Shown one piece after another: positions 18,263-24,972 of a DNA stretch of 64,000 nucleotides. Made by a program: the position numbers and the translations under genes. The DNA comes from Candidatus Bipolaricaulota bacterium (GTDB lineage: Bacteria > Bipolaricaulota > Bipolaricaulia > M55B111), in assembly GCA_021735245.1 (NCBI GenBank), contig JAIPHJ010000006.1, positions 2,610 through 66,609 on the forward strand, read 5' to 3'. Each line of letters starts with the position of its first letter. Position 1 is the stretch's first letter. The notes beneath the pieces were generated by a model, which searched no databases, was not told where the DNA came from, and saw nothing but the letters and a program-made list of their open reading frames with translations.

Positions 18263-19213
18263 CTATCCTTCTATTAAGCCGTGTTCTACCAGGTACTCGT
18301 GGGCTGCTTCGTCGGCGTCCATCTTCTCTATATCAACCATACCGTTCAGAGCCGACCAGGCTTTCTGACTCTTCGACATCCGTTCGGCGGTCCAGTCTTC
18401 TCCTCCGCCCGGGAAGGTGGCGACGAGTTCGTTGAGTATCTCTTCGATCTCGGGGTATTGCTCGAGGACTTTGCTTCGGACGACCGGAGTTAGGTCGTAG
18501 GGCGGATAAAATCGCTTGTTGTCCTGGAGCACAACCCAATCGTGCTCGGCAATTGAGGAGTCCGTGGCAAAAACCATGCCCACGTCCGTTTGTTTGTTCT
18601 CGAGTGCGTTTACGGAAGCGCCGGGAGCACCCGTTTTCAAATGGCTGTTCGCTATCTCAAAGTTGTAATAATCTTCCAGGGCGGGCAGCCCGTCCGGTCG
18701 CTGGGAGTATTCGAAGTCTATAAACGTACTCACCTTGCCGTCGTTCTTCCGGTAAAGTTCCGCCAGGTCGGACATGGTTTTAAGGTCGTGTTCTTCGGCA
18801 AATTCCGGCCACACTGCAAGCGCGTAGGAATTATGGTTCCAGATCGGATCCAGCCAGTTCAAGTTGTTATCCGTCTTGTCAATTGCTTTTACGGCAGCGT
18901 AGAGTGCTTCATGTCCGATGGCTGGGTCGTAGGGATAACCCAGGTGGGTCATCCAGGCCGTACCGGTGTATTCGGCACAGACATCAATGCTGCCGTTTTC
19001 CAGCCCCTTTCTCATTGTCATCGAGGTTAGGTCCGCCTTCAATTGAACGTTGAAACCGTGCTTCTCCAGAACCTGTTTCATCAATTGCCCTATTATGTAT
19101 TGTTCCGTGAAGTTCTTGTTACCGACTACCACCTTTTTGTCCGCTGCGATTGCTCCGAGAAACGTACTCACCAGGAAAAGTGTTACCAGTACGAATACTG
19201 AAAGCTTCTTCAT
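18263..19213 (-). CDS. ABC transporter substrate-binding protein, glycine betaine/choline (OpuBC/OpuCC-like) family
   Basis: 316 aa. Signal peptide MKKLSVFVLVTLFLVSTFLGAIAA, then VVVGNKNFTEQYIIGQLMKQVLEKHGF, typical of OpuAC-fold binding proteins. Confidence 0.85.
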   Translation of the reverse strand: MKKLSVFVLVTLFLVSTFLGAIAADKKVVVGNKNFTEQYIIGQLMKQVLEKHGFNVQLKADLTSMTMRKGLENGSIDVCAEYTGTAWMTHLGYPYDPAIGHEALYAAVKAIDKTDNNLNWLDPIWNHNSYALAVWPEFAEEHDLKTMSDLAELYRKNDGKVSTFIDFEYSQRPDGLPALEDYYNFEIANSHLKTGAPGASVNALENKQTDVGMVFATDSSIAEHDWVVLQDNKRFYPPYDLTPVVRSKVLEQYPEIEEILNELVATFPGGGEDWTAERMSKSQKAWSALNGMVDIEKMDADEAAHEYLVEHGLIEG

Positions 19214-19305
19214 GTTAAAACCTCCTCTATTATTGGAAAGTTGAATTAACTTTGGTCAAAATTTTTCTTAACTAAACCAGTCACCTCCCGTTCTCGTAGT
19301 TTTGG

Positions 19306-20022
19306 TTAACCTTTCTTTAGTCCTCTGGGCGTCATTACCGCCTCGAATCCACCGAGTAGCGTGTCCAGTATTACCGCGAGTGCGGCAGTCGGAGCGGCAC
19401 CCTGGACTATCAGTAGAGGGATCTGAGTGTAAAGGCCAGTTAGGATTATCTTACCCAAGCCCTCTCCCCCGACGAGTACTGCAAGGGTGGCGGTCCCGAC
19501 ACATATCACGGTTGAAGTCCTTATACCGGCCATTATCACCGGTCGGGCGAGGGGCAATTCTATCCTCCAGGCAATTTGAGTGCGCGACATCCCCATGCCT
19601 TTGGCCGATTCGATTATTGCCGGATCGATGTCGCTTATCCCGGCGTAAGAATTTCTCAACACGGGGAGAAGGGAGTAAACAAATAAGGCGATTATCGCCG
19701 AGTTAAAACCGTAACCCAGGATCGGTGCCATTATGGCAATGACCGCCAGGCTTGGTATCGTTTGTCCCACGTTCGCGGCCCCGACTATTGGAGTGGCGAA
19801 TTTTTTCAACCCCGGTCTGGTAACGAATATTCCAAGTGGGACCCCGATACCGATGGCGAGTAACTCCGCTATTCCGACCATCTTAAGATGGTTCCACGTC
19901 TGTCTTCCTATGTCGGAGTAAGTTTTCGGTTGCATGTACTTCAGACTTCCCATCTCAGTAATCCATATCGTCACGCCTATGAAGATACTGAGGAGAATTA
20001 TTAGAACTATTCTTCGTCTCAT
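19306..20022 (-). CDS. ABC transporter permease (OpuBB/OpuCB-like)
   Basis: 238 aa, BPD-type permease with an EAA-like loop (IESAKGMGMSRTQIAWRIELPLA). 4-nt overlap with the ATPase gene. Confidence 0.85.
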   Translation of the reverse strand: MRRRIVLIILLSIFIGVTIWITEMGSLKYMQPKTYSDIGRQTWNHLKMVGIAELLAIGIGVPLGIFVTRPGLKKFATPIVGAANVGQTIPSLAVIAIMAPILGYGFNSAIIALFVYSLLPVLRNSYAGISDIDPAIIESAKGMGMSRTQIAWRIELPLARPVIMAGIRTSTVICVGTATLAVLVGGEGLGKIILTGLYTQIPLLIVQGAAPTAALAVILDTLLGGFEAVMTPRGLKKG

Positions 20023-21158
20023 CTTGGTACCTCAGGGTGTTTTCCACCGCTTTCGGTATAAGTTTCACCGATCAACCCCTGCAGGTCGTTGAAGGTCAAC
20101 AACCCCCTCAAACTGTTGTTCCCGTCGACCACCGGTATGTTCGCAACGTCGCGTTCGAGCATGACAGTCAGGGCGTCTGCGAGATTCGTTCCTATTTCCG
20201 CCGCACCCGTGTCAGTAACCATAGCGTCAGTTACCTTTCCCTGTCCTGTTTCCTCGACGTCTTCCCGATTGATCCAGCCCTTTAGCTTGTTTCCGTTCTC
20301 GACTACTATCAGGTAATTGACTCCTTCTTCCTCCATTATGCGGCCTACGGATTCGAGATCCTGGTCCTCTTTTACAACCCTTGGTGATTCTTTCATGGCT
20401 TCGTCGACCTTCATTAGCCGCAGGCTCTTCAGGGTCCTGTCGCTTCCCACGAAATCCCGGACAAACCTGTTCTTAGGGGCCGCGAGGAGTTCCGCCGGTT
20501 GAGAGTATTGAATTAACTTTCCCTCTTTAAGCAACGCCACTTTGTCCCCCATCTTTATTGCCTCGTTTATGTCGTGGGTGACGAAGACGATGGTTTTTTG
20601 TATCTCGTTTTGAATCTTTAAAAACTCGTCCTGAAGTCTGTCCCTGGTTATTGGATCAATTGCGCCGAACGGTTCGTCCATGAGCATAATCGGGGGATCC
20701 GCTCCGAGCGATCTGGCGACTCCAACTCGCTGTCTCTGCCCGCCGGAAAGCTCCGAGGGATACTTGTCAATAAATTCATCCGGATCCATTCCCATTAAGT
20801 TAAGGAGATTTCTTGCTCTCTCCTTTTTTTCCTCGTCCGACCATTTTTTCAGAGTTGGTACCGTGGCGATGTTTTCACCGACAGTCATGTGAGGGAAAAG
20901 GCCTATCTCCTGTATGGCGTAGCCCATTTCCCGCCTGAGCTCGTTCTCGTCCATTTCCCGGTTGTCGGTGCCGTCGATATAGATGTGGCCTTCGGTGATT
21001 GGAATAAGGCGATTGATCATTTTCATCGTCGTGGTTTTACCGCAGCCCGAAGGACCGAGCAAGACACACAGCTCCCCCTCTTTTATTTCGAAAGTAACGC
21101 CTTTCACCGCTTCCGTGCCGTCCTGATAGACTTTCTTTACGTTCTCTAGTTTTATCAT
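20019..21158 (-). CDS. ABC transporter ATP-binding protein with C-terminal tandem CBS domains (OpuCA/ProV-like)
   Basis: 379 aa. Walker A GPSGCGKTT, signature LSGGQRQRV, Walker B IMLMDEP, and a C-terminal CBS pair. Confidence 0.9.
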   Translation of the reverse strand: MIKLENVKKVYQDGTEAVKGVTFEIKEGELCVLLGPSGCGKTTTMKMINRLIPITEGHIYIDGTDNREMDENELRREMGYAIQEIGLFPHMTVGENIATVPTLKKWSDEEKKERARNLLNLMGMDPDEFIDKYPSELSGGQRQRVGVARSLGADPPIMLMDEPFGAIDPITRDRLQDEFLKIQNEIQKTIVFVTHDINEAIKMGDKVALLKEGKLIQYSQPAELLAAPKNRFVRDFVGSDRTLKSLRLMKVDEAMKESPRVVKEDQDLESVGRIMEEEGVNYLIVVENGNKLKGWINREDVEETGQGKVTDAMVTDTGAAEIGTNLADALTVMLERDVANIPVVDGNNSLRGLLTFNDLQGLIGETYTESGGKHPEVPR

Positions 21159-21820
21159 TTTTTCAACCCTTCCGGTGTAAATTTTTTCTCTGCCAGGGCC
21201 AACAAACCGTCAACCAACAAAGCCAGGACCGAAACGAAAACGGCCCCGGTTATGATCATGTCCGTTCTGGACGTTCTTAGGCCACGAAAAATTGGTACTC
21301 CTAATCCTCTCGCGCCAATAAAGACAGCGATGGTAGCAATACCGATGTTTATAACGACTGCGTTCCGGAGACCGGCCATGATCACCGGTACTGCCAGAGG
21401 AAGTTTGATTTTAAAAAGAATCTGTCTTGGAGTCATACCCATTCCCCTTCCAGCCTCAATCATAGCAGGATCCACTTCCCTGATTGCGGTGTAAGTATTC
21501 CTCAGAATAGGTAATTGTCCGTACAGGATTAAAGCTATGACAGCGGGTAGGAACCCGAGAGATGGTAGGTTTAGGGCTGAGAGCAAGGGCATAAGCAGGC
21601 CGAAGAGGGCCAGACTTGGGATCGTCATCATGATACCCGCCAGGTACAGAACCGTATCCGCGACTTCTTCCCTGCCTTTTCCGGCGATAAATATTCCGAG
21701 CGTTACACCGATGAAAACTGCGAAAGAGTTTGACACGAGGATGAGCCAGAGGTGATCCAGCGTCCAGCTTCCAATTGTGACCCAATGTCCATTAATATAG
21801 TTCCAGACTTCCATTTCCAC
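21155..21820 (-). CDS. ABC transporter permease (OpuBD/OpuCD-like)
   Basis: 221 aa, BPD permease with an EAA loop (IEAGRGMGMTPRQILFKIKLPLA). 4-nt overlap with the ATPase gene. Confidence 0.85.
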   Translation of the reverse strand: MEMEVWNYINGHWVTIGSWTLDHLWLILVSNSFAVFIGVTLGIFIAGKGREEVADTVLYLAGIMMTIPSLALFGLLMPLLSALNLPSLGFLPAVIALILYGQLPILRNTYTAIREVDPAMIEAGRGMGMTPRQILFKIKLPLAVPVIMAGLRNAVVINIGIATIAVFIGARGLGVPIFRGLRTSRTDMIITGAVFVSVLALLVDGLLALAEKKFTPEGLKK

Positions 21821-21870
21821 CCCCTACACACTTCTTTGAATAGTGATCTCTAGTTCAAAACTTAAGCACT

Positions 21871-22593
21871 CTATTCTGCTCCGTCGTAGTTCTTCAGAAA
21901 ATATTTTCTCGGTCCCTCGTAGTGCTCGCGAACTAACTCCTTGGAGGCCCTTACATCCTTTCTTTCCATAGCGTTCAGCAGTTGCCAGTGGAGTTCGTTT
22001 GCTTTTTCTTTATTAGCTTTCCAGTAATTAGCAACTGCCTCCCGTAAAAGTTCGTTGTGCGTTTGTTTCCAAAGACTGCTCATGCTGTTTTTTACAATAG
22101 GGTTTTCTACTGCGTTGGTGATATATAAGTGGAATCTCGCATTTACCTCGTAGGCCTCTTCGTATTTGCCCGAATCCAGGTAGTTCTCCATGTCGTCTAG
22201 AATTTGCCTCAATACACCAAAATCCCTATCTTCAAGGGAGGGTATTGCTTGTTCTATTACGCCCGGTTCGAAGACCTTTCTCGCTTCAAAAACCACCGAC
22301 GGATTTTCGCTTTCTTCTATAACGGGCAGGATTAAAGCTTCTAGTTCTTTGGAGTCCGGCAGATTCTCGATGTAAGTACCCGAACCAGCGTGAGAGCTAA
22401 CTATGTTTAACGCCTGTAACGTTCCGAGAGCCTCCCGGATGGAATTCCTACTGACGCCCATTTGCTCGGCAAGTTCTCGTTCCGGGGGTAGCCTATCTCC
22501 AACCTCGTAATTTCCCTCTATTATAGATCGGAGAATCTGCTCGGAGACTTTTATGAATACCTTTTTTTCTTCTTCTACCTTTTCAAACCCCAT
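21871..22593 (-). CDS. GntR-family transcriptional regulator, FadR/FCD subfamily
   Basis: 240 aa. N-terminal winged HTH (LPPERELAEQMGVSRNSIREALGTLQAL) and a C-terminal all-helical FCD-like domain. First gene of the co-directional cluster. Confidence 0.85.
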   Translation of the reverse strand: MGFEKVEEEKKVFIKVSEQILRSIIEGNYEVGDRLPPERELAEQMGVSRNSIREALGTLQALNIVSSHAGSGTYIENLPDSKELEALILPVIEESENPSVVFEARKVFEPGVIEQAIPSLEDRDFGVLRQILDDMENYLDSGKYEEAYEVNARFHLYITNAVENPIVKNSMSSLWKQTHNELLREAVANYWKANKEKANELHWQLLNAMERKDVRASKELVREHYEGPRKYFLKNYDGAE

Positions 22594-22614
22594 AGAGCCA
22601 CCCCATTTCGGTAG

Positions 22615-22628
22615 ATTGGTTAACCAAT
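22615..22628. promoter_or_regulatory. Perfect 14-bp palindrome ATTGGTTAACCAAT, candidate GntR/FadR-type operator
   Basis: The palindrome lies 22 nt upstream of the GntR start codon and immediately downstream of the predicted -10. It fits the t.GT...AC.a logic recalled for FadR-subfamily operators. Confidence 0.55.
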
Positions 22629-22631
22629 TTC

Positions 22632-22660
22632 ATAATATACCACTTTGGGGTGAGTGTCAA
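22632..22660 (-). promoter_or_regulatory. Sigma70-like promoter of the GntR-headed cluster
   Basis: Minus strand reads TTGACA (22660-22655), a 17-nt spacer, then TATTAT (22637-22632). Confidence 0.55.
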
Positions 22661-22673
22661 AGTCTTTGCGATA

Positions 22674-22942
22674 TCACCAAAACTTGCCGAGGAAGCCCCA
22701 CCGCTTGCTGTGGGGAGGAATCGGCTGTTTTTTGTCCTCCAGCACTCAAACGGGAACTGGTTTTCTTTGAGAGGTTCGATTGCTTGTTTTTAGTTAATCA
22801 TTACCTTTAGACTAATCAAGATACCCGGGTCCGTTTGAGTGCTGGAGGATTGACTGCTGGGTCTTCTTTTGTAAAAGAACAAAGTCCGTAGTTAAACCTG
22901 TTTTTCTACAAGCCCCGTCCCTTGGGGCGTGGTTCTTGACTT
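22674..22942. repeat. Family-A structured intergenic repeat, copy 1 (269 bp)
   Basis: Shares with 56057-56441 the left end TCACCAAAACTTGCCGAGgAAG-CCCC..GGGG-AgGAAT. It also shares a ~140-bp near-identical core with an 18-bp perfect inverted repeat (22736-22753 / 22831-22848, CCTCCAGCACTCAAACGG), and a right-end hairpin followed by TTGACT (22936-22941). Confidence 0.85.
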
Positions 22943-22986
22943 GCTCTAAAACAACTATTATAGCTTAGAAAGAAGGGAATAAGGTC

Positions 22987-23619
22987 TTATGAAAGCAAAA
23001 CGACTTCGCCCCGATTCTTCTCTAACAGACCCTCTTTCTCGAGCTCTCCGAGGCTTCTCGTGACAGTTTCTTTGGTCATTCCCGCCATTTCAGCTAATTC
23101 CTTCCGGGTTAAAAACTTAATAATGCGTTTGTTACCCTTCTTTTCGCCGAGCGGCGCGACTTTATTTAAAATAGAGTATATCCTTTCCTTGGCGGTCAGG
23201 GAAATCTGATTTTCGAGGGTTCTGTCCCTGGATTGGAGTTCGTCCGAGATCATATCCATTACCTGGAGAGCAAGCTCCGGATTATTTAATAGTTGCTCTT
23301 TGAACGAATCCCGGAGGACTTCCTGAAGTGTTGAATCAACCAGCGATTTTGCCGTACAGGGCTGATTGACGACGCTGGATGATAGGTGGTAGGTAGAAAA
23401 AATGTCACCAGGCAGAAGTATCTGATATGTAAGCAAGTTGCCGTTCGTAATTCTCTGTGACTGGGAAACACCTCCGGATTTTATCCGGTAGACTTTGTTG
23501 TCCGGCTCACCTTCCTTGTAAATTGTTTCCCCGTGATCGTAGTTAACCGTGGCTCCTTCGCTCTCGGCGAGGTCGTCGAACAAATTGCCTAGACTTGAGT
23601 ACTGCCTGCCTGAAGTCAT
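22987..23619 (-). CDS. Crp/Fnr-family transcriptional regulator
   Basis: 210 aa. N-terminal cNMP-binding-like beta barrel and a C-terminal HTH (LTRKELAEMAGMTKETVTRSLGELEKEGLL). Confidence 0.85.
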   Translation of the reverse strand: MTSGRQYSSLGNLFDDLAESEGATVNYDHGETIYKEGEPDNKVYRIKSGGVSQSQRITNGNLLTYQILLPGDIFSTYHLSSSVVNQPCTAKSLVDSTLQEVLRDSFKEQLLNNPELALQVMDMISDELQSRDRTLENQISLTAKERIYSILNKVAPLGEKKGNKRIIKFLTRKELAEMAGMTKETVTRSLGELEKEGLLEKNRGEVVLLS

Positions 23620-23631
23620 CTTCTATATTTT

Positions 23632-23708
23632 TGGTGCGCCCGGGAGGATTCGAACCCCCGACCTACGGATCCGCAATCCGTCGCTCTCATCCACTGAGCT
23701 ACGGGCGC
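23632..23708 (-). tRNA. tRNA-Arg, anticodon GCG, CCA encoded
   Basis: The reverse complement folds by hand as GCGCCCG TA GCTC AGTGGATGA GAGC G ACGGA TTGCGGA TCCGT AGGTC GGGGG TTCGAAT CCTCC CGGGCGC A CCA. All four stems pair, with one G.U in the T stem. Confidence 0.9.
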
Positions 23709-23799
23709 TTGATTTCTCGATTCTGAGCTACCGCCCTCGACCATGAACCCGGAAAATCACTAGATTATCGATTTCTCGAGTCGACGGCTAGAGTTCCAA

Positions 23800-24639
23800 A
23801 TGAAGTCGTCTAATCCGTCGTACTCTTTCAACCAAGAAGATGGTACAAAGTTAACCAGAAATGATCAACCGGATGAAAGTGTGGAGGTTGCCGAAGCAAT
23901 TGATCGTTTTTTAAGTGACAAGAGGTTGCAGGGTCTATCAGATAGGACTCTGGACCAGTACGAAGAAGTACTGGGGTGGTTTCATGGTTTTCTGGATGAT
24001 GGAGACGTCTTAATTGACGAAGTTACTGAGGTAACTGTTAAAAAGTACCTGAACGGATTGATATACCGTGGGCTAAAGATCACCACGGTGGCTATCAGAT
24101 TCAGGGTCTTACGCTCTTTCTTCAATTGGACTGAGGGCCGGGCGCTGATAGACAGGTCACCCATGGAAGATATGTAGGAACCGAAGACCCCTAAGAAATT
24201 CCCCTATGTGCTTGATGAAGAGGAGGTAGACCAATTACTCGAGACCGCTAAAGGATATACCAATAAGTGGACGGGAATCCGAGACTATACGATGGTACTT
24301 CTCTTACTGGATGCTGGACTACGGGCAACGGAGATACTGGAAGCAAAAAAGGAGAACCTAAACCTAGAACGCCGTTCTCTCAAGATCCACGGCAAAGGAG
24401 CCAAAGACAGAAAAGTATTTTTCGGCACCCAGGCCCGTAAATGGCTAAAGCAGTGGCTGCAGGTAAGAGAGGATATATCCAATCCCGTCGTGGAGAATAT
24501 ACTATTCGTTGATCTAAATGGTAATCAGATAAAGCAACGAAACCTCACCCGGATTATCAACAGGTTACAGAAGAGAGCTGACCTTCCTGTAGTGCAAGCT
24601 ACTCTACTTAACATGTCATACTCGGTTAATTGCAAATAA
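23800..24639 (+). pseudogene. Tyrosine recombinase/integrase, inactivated (in-frame TAG at 24175-24177 and C-terminal truncation)
   Basis: ORFs 23800-24177 (SAM-like N-domain) and 24208-24639 (start of the catalytic domain with GLRATE and HGKGAKDR) are in the same frame, separated only by one TAG. The reading frame ends before the H-x-x-R and catalytic Tyr region. Confidence 0.75.
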
Positions 24640-24696
24640 ATGCATTTCCACGTATCTTTATATACTCGTTAGGATGTTTGCAGATGGAGGAATATC

Positions 24697-24972
24697 GTGA
24701 GTAAAACAAATAATCCCAACCAAAACAGGATCTCGTTCGAAAAACTCGCTGAAACGAGCCCCACAGCCATTACAGAAGTAGATAAACAAGGTGAAATAGT
24801 ATATGCCAACAGCAGAGCAGAAGAGGTGCTGGGGCTTAAAAAAACCAAGATAACCGAAAGGACTTACGATGACCTCGACTGGAAAATTACTGATTTCGAA
24901 GGAAACGACTTCCCCCCAAGAACTTGCCTTTCGAGATCGTCAAGAGAACGGAAGAACCAGTCTACGACGTAA
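24697..24972 (+). CDS. N-terminal PAS fragment of the downstream HD-GYP sensor (separated by a 1-nt frameshift at a C6AA tract)
   Basis: GTG start with GGAGGA upstream. The PAS core SPTAITEVDKQGEIVYANSRAEEVLGL..YDDLDWKITDFEGNDFPP continues seamlessly in the frame of ORF 24924-27233 (..LPFEIVKRTEEPVYDVRHAIEWPDGERKLLSVNASPLFDEDG). Confidence 0.7.
   Translation: MSKTNNPNQNRISFEKLAETSPTAITEVDKQGEIVYANSRAEEVLGLKKTKITERTYDDLDWKITDFEGNDFPPRTCLSRSSRERKNQSTT

Noticed and set aside
22736-22848. The 18-bp inverted repeat core as a CRISPR repeat pair or an integron attC site
   Set aside because: There are only two arms per locus, in inverted rather than direct orientation, so there is no repeat-spacer periodicity. 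The arms do not fit the RYYYAAC / GTTRRRY attC core, and no integron integrase or cas gene is nearby.
24175-24177. In-frame TAG codons (integrase 24175; lipoprotein remnant 30510) next to MttB genes: possible pyrrolysine or amber recoding?
   Set aside because: TAG is used as the ordinary stop of at least three intact genes here: the AEC transporter at 5072-5074, the coiled-coil gene at 10416-10418 and the MttB gene at 12557-12559. Both MttB genes lack internal TAG, and no pylTSBCD genes are present. The affected genes are also truncated in other ways, so they are pseudogenes.
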